This document shows positions 47,001 to 59,560 of a stretch of 64,000 nt of DNA, in pieces. Numbering within the stretch: the first letter of the stretch is position 1; each line of letters begins with the position of its first letter. The position numbers and the translations under genes were made by a program. The stretch spans positions 496,001 to 560,000 of the forward strand of contig OZ237746.1 in NCBI GenBank assembly GCA_965178125.1, given 5' to 3'. The stretch comes from Bilabrum cf. latius. Lineage: Eukaryota. The notes under the pieces were generated by a model that saw nothing but the letters and a program-made list of their open reading frames with translations, did not search any database and was not told where the DNA came from.

Positions 47001-50000
47001 GAAGCAGTCCGACCGACATCCTCACCAGGTCACGAGGGCTGGCTAGCGGGAGCAAGGCAGCAGCCCCGCTCAGGGCAGCGCCCGAGTCCGCCGCGCCTGC
47101 CATCGCACCAGCCCGCATCTCGCTGGCAGCGGCGGCCGCTCGCACCAGCCTGACGACGAGCCACCCTCCGAGGGTCTGCCCCGACACTGATTGCAGGGGA
47201 ACCAGCCTGCCGTTGGAGCTCATGGTGCCCAGCCGAAGCACCGTCTCTCTGAGGGCAGCGGCTGGGATGATCTCAAGCACGGACGCCGCTGCGTTGGTCA
47301 CCTCTTCGTCCACCAGCACAGCTCCGATGCTCCCCGCGTCTGAATCCATGGAGCCGCTCCGCTGCCGCCTCCTCCTCTTGGGCGTCCTATCCCCCCCTCC
47401 GCCACTGCTGGAGGCACCGTCCTGCATCGCAGCTTCACCGATAGCGGCAGCTGCAGCCAGAGCCCCGTCGCACAGCACGGCCTCCAGAGCAGCACCCAGC
47501 ACGGCATCCCTGCGCTTGCCCTTGCTAGGTGCCAGGGGCAACCCCCGTGGGGAGTTCCCGGCGACAACACCCCATGATCGGAGCCCCACACCAACGGCCC
47601 AGCACACCTGCCCTTCAACAGGCACCAGCGCCTCACCCCGAGCCAGCGTGTCGACAACACTCGTCAGGGACAGGAAACGATTACCAGCCTTGCGGGCTGC
47701 CTCCCTCACATCCTGGGGGAGGCCTGCCCCCGTCAGCAGCGCCACGCTCCGCACAGCGCGCACACCCAGGCGAACGAGGGTAACAAGGGCGAGGCCGCTC
47801 TGGGCTCCATCCCGAAGCACAGCCGCTGGCTTGTCCTTGGAAGGGCCCCCTTTCGCCGGCTGGCAGCACCCGCACACGGCAGCAAGCACGCACAGCCCCA
47901 GGGACTCCTCCACCGCCAGAACTGCGGCGGCAGCGGCCTTGGAGTTGTAGCCGCCACCGACCTCTGGTGCAGCTGCAGAGCATGCGGAGCAGGCCCTAGA
48001 CACGGCTGATGCGGCAGCAGCCATCAGCGCCGATGATCCGATCGACGTTAATGCCTCACCAAGCACCTGCCCGGGTGCGGCGGATGCATCGGAACCTGTG
48101 GTGATGGCACCAGCCACAGCGGCAGGCAAACCACCCTGTTCGCCTTGCTTCAGCGCATCACCAACATCAGCGCTGCCAGCGTCGGCACCCCCAGCACCCA
48201 GCACGGCCCTCGCCGCCCTTGCCAGCCCGAGCGCAACCCCACCTGCCGCGTTGCTCCCCAGGGTTACGAGCGCAGCAGCCAGCGCGCGCCACGGCCTCGG
48301 CCCTAGGCCTGCCTTTGAGCACAGCAGCAGTCCAACCACGCTCGCGGCAGACAAAGCCTGGTCGGCATCAGAGGACTTGACCTGCTCCTCTGCCGCTAGC
48401 AGTCGCACGATGACGGCAGCCAGACCCCCTGCCTCTTCTACCACGCGCTGCACGCCTGCGTCCTTCCCGCATATGCTGGACTGCAGCAGCAAAAGCACCG
48501 AATCGGCGGCAGAGCCTGACTTGCCCTTGCCCTTCTTTCCGCCTCTTTTCTTGCCGGCCTTCGTTGTCCCGTCTGCAGATGAAACTTCTTTGCCAAACAC
48601 AGCAGCGAGCACAGCAGCGTCCTGCTGGGCCGCGCGCGATCGCGCGCCTGAGGAGCGCCCCGCGACCGCGAGTGCCTCGCTACCAGCCGACCGGACCACC
48701 AGAGCAGCGCCAGCGCCGCTGACAGCTCCTCCGGGCGGTACTCCACCAGCTGTCCCAGCGCTGGGCTCGCCCTCGCCCTCGACGTGCAGCTCCAGGGCCC
48801 GCGCTGCTTCGATGGCGCTAAGGTCAAGCGTGCCAGCTCTACCGATGGCAAGCGGCGCCGGGATGGCAGCTGCCGCAAACAAAGCGCAGCCGCTAGCCGT
48901 CAGAACCTGTGAAGCGGAGCGCGCTGCTTGCCTACCAACGGACAGAGTCCGACCATGGGCAGGCTTCGCGACATGCCCGGCAGCATCGTGCCACCTCTAT
49001 AGAGCAGCGTGCAGCTTGCCGCTGGGCACCGCCACGTGCGATCGCACTGCCATCGCCACGTCACGAGCGTCGGCCATCCCGGCCAGAGTAGCCTGCACCC
49101 CGGCAAGCAGCAGCAGCGCCGCTGCGGGCTGCTCTGCCAGCATCGTGCCGGGCACGGCGGGCCGCATGAGCGCAACGACCGAGGCGGTCGTGGCAGCAGT
49201 GCGGGCCGTCAGCGAAGTGGCCACGGACACGCGGTCCGAGTTCAGACTCAGCCCGCTGCCGACTGCCGGTCCGTCTTCCATGGGTGCCGAGGAGGACCCC
49301 TGGCCCACCCCTGGGAGCTCGCCCCCCACGGTGGGGTCACCCGCCGATGCCGCCATAATCCCGCCCCTCTCCTGCTCCAGCGCCGATGCCGCAGCATCGA
49401 ACTCGGCTGCGGCAGCCTCCATCGCCTCTCTGGCCAGCTCCAGGGCGGCGAGGGCAAGCGCGGGCACACGGCCGGGCCGGTAGGCAAGCCCGGCCGCGAG
49501 CTGCTCCGGGTCTGCGGACTGGGCACTGCCCACTGCCGCCAGCCGCGCAGACCGCTCGATCAGCGCGATCGTGGCGATCTCCTGCGCCTCCCTCGCCGCC
49601 ATGGAGGGGGCCACTGGCACCGCGGCACCGCCTGCCGCCAGCCTCAGCCGAGGCGGGGCGATCCTCGCGGCGACCGGCCCCAGCGGCAGCACGCCGTCGA
49701 GCCACACAGCGGCCTCGTCCGGCAGGGCCCGACGGGCCGCGAGCAGGCAGGACGCAGGCGCGAAGCCCTCCAGGTCGTTCCCTCCAGCAGCGCTCATGCC
49801 ACCGACGCTGCCGGCATCGCCACGATCGGCATCCAGGTCCACGCCATCCAGCTCGGCCTCCCAGTCAGCCTATTTCGAGTCCCCGTCCTGCTTTCCTGCC
49901 TCTGCCCTGTCGGCCGAGCCGTGCGACGAGACGGATCCCGAGCGGTTCCTCCGCTTGCTGCCAGGTGTGGCAGCCTTGGTGGCTCGCGCGTCTCCGTCGA

Positions 50001-53000
50001 TGGCTCGCAGCAGCACGGCGGGAAGCTCGCTGAGCTTGGCGCTGGGTGCCGCGAGCGGCCTCGTGGAGGACAGACCGTGCCTCCGCACCAGCCCGTGCAC
50101 CAGAGCCATAGCGGCCTACCTGACCGCCTCAGACCCACCGGTCCACGCCGACCGCAGCACGTGCACCAGCGGGGGCACCCCGTCGTCCCACGGTCCTCCC
50201 GTAGACGCCAGCAAGTCTCCTACTGCATGAGCACCGCTACTGCTGCTCGCTGCCGTGCGTGCCACCCCTTCCTCGTCCTCCTCGTACCCAAGCATCCCCA
50301 TCTGGCTCCGCGCTCGTCGCCCGCTCGACCTGCCTGCCTTGGATCGGATCCAGCGGACAAGAGATCCGCCCAACCCTGCACCCGCCTTCATCAGTGCCAG
50401 CAGCTGCAACTGGACCCCCACGGGGAGAGACGCAAGCGTTGGGCGGCTCATTGCGTCCTTGCCTTGCCCTGCCGCGCCCAGCGCGCCGATGCCAGATAGC
50501 AACGGCAGGTCGCCGGCTGGAAGTAGAGCCACCACATCCAGCTATCTCTTGGCCTCTACTAGCCCAGGAAGTTGCTCACACAAGTGCCGAAGCACAGCAA
50601 GCAGACGAGCGTACACCCCAAGGGCTTGCTGCTTGTCCGCCGCTGCATCTCCAGACCCACTCGAGGACGCAGCCGCCGCCGCAGCCCTTGCTCCAGATCT
50701 CGACACAAGCGCATCCTCGGTGCCACGACCAGCCCTGTCCGAAGAAGCAGAAGAGCCGGTTTCTGCGACGGGTGGCCCGTCCTCGCCATCGACAGCCCAT
50801 CGCACACGCGCCCTCACTGACAGCACTGCCTAGAAATCGGGCAGCTGTGGCCCCACCACCGCGGCCACGGGTGACAGCGCCCGCTGGCAAGCCTCCTCCA
50901 CGAACCAAGCGGTCTCCTCCCCGACGGCAGCGCCCGCCACGGCACCTCCAGTGCCCTGCCGCAGCACCTGACCCAGCACGGCCTCGGCCTTCCTCGCGAC
51001 GTGCCTCTTGAGCGACGCTAGCCTGCCGAGGAGGGCGAGGAGGCTCTCCAGCTGCACCGCCACCACGCGCAGGTCCCGGTGCAGCACACCCTTGGTCAGG
51101 GAGCCACGATGCACGCACCCAGGCACCACAGCAGCAGCGGCGAGCGCGGCGCTCTGGAGGGGAAGAAGGTCGTCAACCACGACACCCCATGCATCGTCCT
51201 CACCCATGTGCCTGCCGGTACCGTGCCCCGCTCGGGCCCGTCTGACTGCGGCCTGCTGCGCGGCATCCGCGGCCCCCACAGCTGCTAGCGCGCTCTCCTT
51301 GGCCGCCTTGAAGGTTAGCTCGTCCTCGTCGGTGTCGGGGGCAAGGGCGCCCTCCTCGTCGACAGCCAAAGACGGGAGCAGACCACCGGCGTGCGTAGCC
51401 TCTGCCGCTTCTGCCGCGCCTCGGTCCAGAAGCCTGGATCGCACGATCAGAGCCGCAGCCCGCACCGCCTGCGTGCTGGCACGCAACACGTGCTACTGCT
51501 GCGACTGGCGGGATCTCCCACACGCTCTCACGCTTGAGGGCTACACTCCACCCGTGCCGGCCACAGCTCCAGCACCTGCTAGTCCAACGGTCCCAGCATC
51601 GTCAGATCCACCGGTGGATCCTACGATCGAAGCGCTGCCTGCCTCGCTCTCCTTGCCAAGGGCAGCATCAGGCGAAGCGCCGTCCAGCATCGCGCACAAC
51701 TGGGGCGCGCAGGACGGGAGCACCAGCAGCCGAAGCATTGCACCGCTGGCCTAGCGCCAGTCCTGGGTGGCCGCGGGGTCCAGCGATTGCGGGAATGAGG
51801 ATAGAAGCTCTGTCCACAAGCTCGGGTGCGCCGACAGGATCCCCTCCAGCAGCGCCCATCGGGCGTGTGCAGGTGTGGACAGAGGGTCGGCTGCATTCGG
51901 GTCGAATGGGGTGGCGCCCTTCAGGAGCAGCTGCCTTGCGACCTGCTGCAGCTGCAGGCGGGCCTGCGCCGGGGACGCGAAAGAAGCCGCCCTGTGCGCT
52001 GACTGCGCCTCTTCGCCCTCGACGTCTTCAGCCACGGTCACGTCGCCGCCCCGAAGGACGAGCTTGGAGGAGTCGCCACCGCTGCCGCGGCCCGCGCCAC
52101 GGGCCGATTCTGCGCCGGCGCCCATCTCGAGCAGCTGGGCGGCTCCGGGGTGGTCGTCGGGCAGCACCTGGAGCATGGCCCGGCCGGCGGAAGCCAGCGC
52201 CCGATCGAGGGGGGCAGAAGCGCCCTTACCAATCACGGCATCCGCTGCGTGTGCCGCCACCTGCAGCGAATCGGCGTCTGGGCTTCCTAGAGGTGAAGAG
52301 GCTCCGCTGGATACAAGCGGTTGCGCGGCGCCCAGCAGCCCTGCCAGGAAGGATAGAATCATGTGCCGCACTGGCAGCACCACAGCACCACACGGCCGGA
52401 GCGCCATGGCGGCAGCTGCCTCATGCTCCGGAATGCCGGCCGCAGCAGCCTTGCCTACAGCAGCAGCAGCAGGAGCTGGTTCTTTCTGTGCCTTTGAGGA
52501 AGTTTCTTCATCCTCGTCCGAGTCGCTATCGTCTTCCTCAGAGTCAGCCTCCATGGCTTGTACCCCAGTCGCACCGTCCCCGCCGGCACCAGTGCTCGGG
52601 AGCCCGCCCTCTTTCTCGCCGTCCTCTGCTTCGCCCTCAGGCGACAGCTCCGCCCCGTCCAGCACGTCCTCTCCGAGAGCCGCCACACCAAAGTGCCTGC
52701 ACCAGTCGCCGCTCACCGCAGCAGCCGGCGCGCCCTCCTCCCCAAGCACGCCGGGGACCATACCATTCGAGTTGAGAGCGCTAGCAGCACCAGCGGACGC
52801 ACCCGCGGCGGCAAACCTGGCAAACCTGCAGGCCACTACCGCGTCCTCTCGGTCCAGGCCCCTCGACACGTGCGGCAAGGCACCTTGGCCAAAGCAGCGG
52901 CTCAGAAATCTACGGCCCGCCCCCGGGATGCCGAGCGTGCTGGCGTGCCCCAGCGGGTGCACTGCATTGGAGAGCCATCCTGCGTTGGAAGACAGCGCGT

Positions 53001-54779
53001 GCTTGGCCTGCCTCGGCAGCGCGTTCATGGCCATGGAAGAGGCCCTGCTGCTCGCGCTGCTCTTCGACTTGCCGCCGCGCTTGCGCCGACCCGCCTTTGC
53101 ACTGCTACCATCTGTGGCTTCGGGAGTGCTTCCGTTCTAGCTTGACGCGGCAGCGGAGCTCCGGGCGCTGGGTGGGAGCACCAGCTCGGCGGCTCCAAGC
53201 GCCTGCTGCATGGCCTATTTCCTCTTGCGGTAGAGCGCTGCTTGCTGCTTTGTGGGCGCGGGCGCCCTCGCCAGAGCACAGAGCACAGGGAGCGCCAGAG
53301 CGAGGGTAGAGGGATGGTCGCGAGACAGGCCCCGCACCACAAAGCCGAGCAGGTGAGGCGCGTGCACGACCGCCGCCCGCACGCCCGGGTCATCGCATGT
53401 CACGAGGGCGCACACATACCGGACGAACCACGCCCGCACGTCGTCACCGGCGCGGCCTCCGCCGAGTCCCAGCCCGAGCAGCAGGTCAAACCTCGGCTTG
53501 TTCCCTGTGGATCCCGCAGACAGCCCCCCAGCCATGGACCCACTGCCACCACGGCCTCTGCCTCGACCGCGGCCCCTTCCCCTACCCCTCTGCGGCCGCC
53601 TGCTCACCGGCGGCAGCCCCTGCAGCCTCCTGAGGTGCGCCACCACGAGCCTGCCCCTGAGCTTCACCGACTCCAACTTGCCCGACCGGATGGCCCTCGT
53701 CACTGCAAGGCTAGTGGAAGACACGTGACCAGTCCCTGTGCTGGCACCCTCCGGCTGTTCTCCGTCTTTGCCCTCCTTCTTACCCCCTCCCCTGGTTCTA
53801 ACCTTCTTCACCTTGCCCCCCATCCTTGCCCATTCCTTCGCAGCCGACTCCAGCGCCTCTTCGTCCACCCCTCGCACGGGGGCTCGCATGGAGGCCAGCG
53901 CTGGCATGGCCCTGTAGGTCAGCGACACTCGCGCCACCGCCTCCCTGCACGCCTGGGAGCTCTGCTGCGCGATGGCCGTCAGCAGCACCAGGAGGGCACG
54001 GGCGAGTCTGGGCTTGGTGCCGCCTAGCCCGCCCAGGATGGCCCGCGAGTGGAAGCGGAGGCACCGCCGTGCGATGACCAGGCCCTCGCGGCTGGGGGCG
54101 AAGCGAATGATGACGGCAACTAGTTCCGGTATGGAGCATGCCAGGCGGTTGCCGGTGCCCTGCGCGTTGTTGGAAGCGAGCAGCAAATCACGAGGCATGG
54201 ACATTGGAATCAAGAACGGCATGTACGACTGGGCAGCTATCGGAGGCGCGCATGTCTCACCACTGGCAGTCGAAGCCAGGCCTCGAACACCTCTGCGCAC
54301 TCGGGTGACCGCGCCAGCAGCTCGGCGAGCAGCCCGCGGCATGCTCCGCGGCGGGGCGGCAGCACGTGCGGCATCCTGGTGGCGCTATTCTGCGCTCTTG
54401 TGTCGATTGCCCCGGGCTAAAGTCTAACGATCCCGCCATTCAAAGACCGCCTAAGCAGAGCGCTGTTTTGCTACACAATCACCAGCGTTGCTCGGCGAAT
54501 CGCTGCGAGATGAGACAGGTACACTTGCCATTCCATCCGTCATTGATCCAGGGTGCAGCCGAAGAAACGACCCTGATTAGTGCACAAATATACGCATTTC
54601 TCACTTTTGGCTCGCTTATCCTAAGACACCGAAGAATCTTGCAATGCCTGCAGAAGTCCACCAAGCTCTACGCTGGCTGTGGCGCCTTCGTCGTCGCTTT
54701 CATCATCAGAGCTGGATTCTGACTCCGATTCTGAGTCATAAGGAGGAGGAAATGAATCCTTTCCTGAAGTCAAACTCAT
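41047..54779 (-). CDS. URB1: Nucleolar pre-ribosomal-associated protein 1 (URB1/Npa1), ~4,570 aa
   Basis: Exon 1 54779-54605, 32-nt intron 54604-54573, exon 2 54572-41047 (TGA). ORF-track pieces 53215, 51751, 50830, 50116, 48997, 46291, 44386 and 41839 are all in one frame and separated by TAG. Npa1 N-domain: ARALLVLLTAIAQQ, DDVRAWFVRYVCALV, GLSRDHP. NopRA1 C-domain: LVSSGVLPLALACLSAGSDELRALAYGIVG, FGEQQQLRLLLNVVR, LLQPEHALYSQVNKTLL. Confidence 0.88.
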
Positions 54780-54967
54780 GATTCCGTGAGCCTATACCCC
54801 GGAAAGTAGCGAGTTGCCGAAGACGAAAGGAACAGCAGTAACTTTGAAAGGAACGTTCTGCCGAAATCGACGAACGTTCGGGCCTTCAGCGAACCAATGT
54901 ATGCGCAGCACCAGATCTCAGCAAACAATCTTTGAAGACTCTAAAAATTAGGCTTTGTTCGCCCGCC

Positions 54968-56289
54968 TCACTTGCCCCCCGCCCCGCCGGCAGCAGGCCC
55001 TCCCTCCTCCCCTCCCTTGGCCTCCTCCTTCTCCACGCTAAGGTCCAGCTCCTTCTGCACGTCCCACAGCGTGGCCGCGCTGGCCCGCAGCTTGTCCGCC
55101 TCGCTCTCCTCCAGGGGCACGTTCACCGTGGATACGATGCCCTTCCTCGCCAGGGCGCAGGGAACAGAGAGGAACACCTCCTGGTCGATGCCGTACATCC
55201 CTTTCACGCACGTGCTCAGGGGAACAACTCTGTGCTCGTTCCTGAGGATGGCCTTTGCCAGGGAAGCGCAGGTCAGCCCGATGGCGAAGCAGGTGTAGCC
55301 CTTCTTCTCGATCACCAACCCCGCCGACTTGATCACGGCGCCGTGCACCTGGGTCCACTTTTCCTCGTCGTCCTCCTCGCCCATCTTGGGGTTGAGCTGC
55401 TTGAGAGTGACACCGCCCACGGTCAGCTGGCTCCACACCGCCACGCTCGAGTCTCCGTGCTCGCCCAGGATCATCCCGTGCACGCTGGTGGTCGCAACTC
55501 CGAGGCGGTCCGCCACCAGGGAGCGGAACCGGCTCGTGTCCAGCGCGGTGCCGGACGCGAACACACGGGACAGTGGGAATCCCGATAGCTTCCAGGTGAT
55601 GTATGCCATGATATCTGCTGGGTTCGCGACGACCATGATGCACGCCTCGGGCGAGTACTTGACGATCTGAGGGACGATGCCCTTGAAGATCTTGAGGTTG
55701 CGGCCCACGAGAGCCAGACGGCTCTCGCCCGGCCGCTGGCGCACTCCCGCGGTGATTATGACTAGATCCGACCCAGTAGACACGGAGTATTCGGTGCTGG
55801 CCTTGACACGAAGAGTGGGGCTGAACGCGCGGCCGTGCGTGAGATCCAGGCCCTCGCCCTCGACCTTGTCCTTCTGCACGTCCACAAGAGCCAATTCGCT
55901 CACCAGACCCTGCGCGATGTATTTGCTGGTAACAAATCTTAATTTTAATCATGATGCGCTCGATGCATGACCACCAAAGCCAGCAATTGTACCGAGATTC
56001 GTCTGTTCGCGACGTGTCTGCAATGCCTGCAATCGAGTGATCACCACGAGTGTCTCACCTAGTTTTGGATGGCAAACGCAGCAGCCATTCCAACTGCGCC
56101 GATACCAACGATAGTAACCTTCTTGTGCGGCAGGCGCTGGTCCTCCTTGAGATATGATACCGCCTCAGCCGCTGCCTCCTTTCCGAAGAGTTTAGTGCGT
56201 GTTTCGTGGCACAACTCGAAGCCTCTGCGGTCCAGAGATGCGTCATCCATCACAACTCCAGACATATGGGGGCTAATTGCGGCTGCCAT
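54968..56289 (-). CDS. LDH: L-lactate dehydrogenase, 390 aa
   Basis: Exon 1 56289-56059 ends in the codon TAG; intron 56058-55910 (GTGAGA...CGCAG); exon 2 55909-54968 (TGA). Motifs: KVTIVGIGAVG, N(Q)GLVSELALVDV, ITAGVRQRPGESRLALVGRN (Gln specificity residue), GTALDTSRFR, GEHGDSSV, KKGYT. Confidence 0.95.
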
Positions 56290-57459
56290 CTTGACTTCAG
56301 TGACTTTATGTGAAGGGTGTCTTCGGTTGATGGCGGCGACTAGGTCGAGATTGCGTGGTGATTGGTCGGGCGAGGTGTGATGAATGGATCGGATCAGATC
56401 ACACTGTTTCGAGATGCATCTTGCCTGCATCCTCGGACCAGCTGATCGGCAGACTGTTCGACACGATGCGACTACATTCTGCGACGCCGCAGATAACCGA
56501 TGCTTTGCTTGCCAGCCGCTTGCACCGCAATGGCAGTACTCAACTGCCAGTGCATGCAGCAGGAGGCCGGAGGCTGCAAGTGGAGTATGCTATCGGGAAG
56601 CGTTGCTACCTGAGCCACACTAGCTCTCATCAAGCCCATGAGTGAGCCAAGCTCGCCACTGGTACACACTGCCATAACGACCTTTGCAGACAGCCCGGCC
56701 CTGCAACGCTCGACGTTGAGACTGCTTGCTTGGCAGCTAGGCACTTGTCCGGGCTGGATGCCCCATAGACAGGCACTGCCTTGATTGTTCGCGGACCGCT
56801 CCAGTGTATGTGATACCGATTCGCGATGGAAACAAATACCTAGTTGATTCCAGTTCCTGTCATCACGCAGGCTTCAAACGGCCGACGACTGAATTTCGGA
56901 GCACGTACGATACGTCAATGTACGAGTGCGCCTACTTAAAGGCTTTTGTGGCATCCTATCCTGCAAGTTGAAGCAAAACATTTCTCCCACCCGAGTGCGT
57001 GCGCGCAAAATCGGTAACGTCGAACACGACTCCGGACACAGCAACCCAGGCATCGCCAGCAGTGGAGTGACGAGCCAACTCCCGGGCAGAAATAGTTACA
57101 TTTTGACTTGATCGTTCTTGGTGTGGTAACCCCGCATCAGTCTCAACCCGCCTCCACGGCCGCGGCTCGGAACCAAACGAGTCCAGCTACCGATGGCGTT
57201 GCCCACTGATTCCGTGCTGGGGTCGGTGCCTAGACTGTCGCGATTCAGATATGATGCGATCAATATTAGGCTGTAGACTCCTACCGGGGTGCACATGCGT
57301 GCTGCCTAAGCAAAGACCCATTCGAACTAACGCGACAGGACGATTCGGTGAATGCACCACAATGCGGTGCACTTGCAGTTTGACGTTCCGCTGTGATGAT
57401 GATGACGTAGTGCCCCACATACTGATAGCATTACATCTTCATTCATTTACTCATCCTAA

Positions 57460-59370
57460 TCAGCCCATGGCCTCCTCCAACACCCTCACGCATTCTTCGT
57501 GACCGCCCAGTCGAGCCGCCTCCAATGGACCCACCACTGTCCCATCCTCCACCTCGCCCTTCATCTCCAGCCCACCTCCAAGTTTGCCCAGCCTCAGCCT
57601 CCTGGCCAGCTCCAGCGGCCTTCCTTCAGCAGCCGCCTAGAACACCATCCCAGCGTCCCTCCGCACCCCGACCGCTTGCATCCACAGCCTCGTGCGCACC
57701 GCCCTCGGGGATTCCACGGCTAGCACACCCCGCTCCCACTCGCTCGTCACGTCAGTGCCCGGCCAGCGAGACTTCAGCTCGTGCAACACGGCAGCCGCAA
57801 GCCGGGGTCCTGCTCCCACCCCCACCGGTGACTCGCCCGACTTGGGCTTGGTCGGATCCGATCCGCTCGAGCGACCTTCTCCCGCTCCCGCTGTCTCGTC
57901 CAGTAGCCTGGCCCAGCGCACCATCTCGTCCTCAACAGGGGAAGGGGCATTGCCGAATACATCGAACATGAGACTGCTCACCAACGCTCCCTAGGAGACC
58001 GGGCGCCGGGGAACTCCATCGCCTGCCGACCTGCCTTCCTTGCCCCTGCGCCCGACCCCCGCCCAGACCTGCACCGCCATGTACTCGGGAAATGAACGGG
58101 GGACGGGGGACCCCGCCTACAGGAGCCCAGCCACGATGGAGGGGTTGGCATGAGCCTCCAGGGCTAGTTCCAGTGGGGTCTGATGGTCGTTGTTCTTCGC
58201 TGTCACGTCGGCCCCGCAGCTGACGGCAAGTGCCAGCATCTGCACAGCCCCTTTGTGCTTCTTCCAGATCCGGTCCATCTCCGCCGCGTTGTAGGATGCG
58301 AGAAAATGCAGCAGGGTGCTTCCACCGGATGCTTTGGCCCGCACAGAGGCGGTGCTCTTGCCCAGGAGTAGCCTGGCGACCGGTAGCAGCACGTCCGAGG
58401 TGCAGCAGTGCAGCGGGGGGGACTCGCCCTGCGCAATAACAACAAGAAGCGACAGCCGTCGGAGGATTGAAACTGGGTGAAGCATATAGTGCGACGAGTT
58501 CATGATTCCATGATGAACGTGCGCTGCGGGCGGATTCAGCACGAAAGCAAAGGCAGTCACGGCGTCGTCCACGTTCAACAAGTTGCCACCACTGCCAATG
58601 GCAGGCAAGCCTCTGGGTTTCTCGTTTGCTTACCGAGCATGCCCGATCCGGGTCTGCCCCTGCCTCCAGCAGCATTCCTACGATTAAAGCGGAGGACCGT
58701 ACTTGTTCAGCAGTTGGAGTCGACCTACCGGGACGCAGTGCTGTACGGTGATCCCCGTCATCGAACATCCGGATCGGCATCGGAATGGCAGCATGTAGAG
58801 GTGAAGATGCGTTGTGCGGCAGATTTGGCTTGGCTCCATGCTTGAGCAGCAGTCGAACCATATCTACATCTTGCATCAAGCAAGCTTCTTCGATTGGGGA
58901 ATATATAGACAACTGCAGGTGATGCTAAGAACGAGGTTCGGAACGGTTGACATTGGATATCTTGTGATTTTCATCAAATGCTGTCACAATACACTTACCG
59001 TACCAGTGTGTAAACTCATGTTCCAGTGGTATCCTGTGTTCGGGTCAGCTCCGGCACCGAACAGGCATGTTGCTAGCACCGGATTCTTGTGTCGAACAGC
59101 GAGTCCAAGCAACGTCACAAACAACCTACGGTGACAGCTGCGTTGGTCTTGCACACCAGGCCCTCGGACCTGGAATAATATATCAGGGGAGATGCTTGCG
59201 TCGGTCACTGCGCTGATGGCATCCTGAAACTAGGATTTGTCACGACAGACAGCCGCTTTCTCAACGATAGGGTCGATTAACTTGTGGATTTCGTCAATGG
59301 CACCAGGTTCAGCAATATACTTTGAAGTCCTAAAGTGGTATTTCCACGGACTATCTCCTGAAGCTGCCAT
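57460..59370 (-). CDS. Ankyrin-repeat protein, ~539 aa
   Basis: Exons 59370-58999, 58912-58634 and 58428-57460 (GTAAG...CAG introns, phase 0); in-frame TAGs; ends in TGA. Ankyrin motifs: GADPN, LLLKHGAKPN..SPLHAA, GADVTAKNNDHQTPLELA, PLEAARLGGHEECVRVL. Confidence 0.8.
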
Positions 59371-59560
59371 GCCTTCTGTTGAAGTGGCTTGGGACCCGGG
59401 CGGGCATCCGTTCCAGGCGGTCGCGTTCCGCCGGTTCCGCTGCCACTGCTGGCGGTGCCGATTAGCCGGGATGGTCTCCTGTGAGCACTTGCCATCCATC
59501 CTTGGGTACACAAACGAAATACTCAATCATGGATGTGACACCACGCAAGGCTGGCACTCA

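Noticed and set aside
38218-54427. Long plus-strand ORFs (e.g. 45776-46966, 48098-49483, 51767-53140, 49009-50499)
   Set aside because: These are antisense shadows of the GC-rich URB1 and EXD3 coding sequence, with low-complexity Ala/Ser/Pro/Arg translations and no motifs.
56290-57459. Hidden gene or tRNA (e.g. tRNA-Gln CUA) in the larger intergenic gaps (also 20150-21560, 28230-28940, 61870-62190)
   Set aside because: I could not recognise a cloverleaf, T-loop/B-box or coding motif by eye; tRNAscan-SE or Infernal would be needed.
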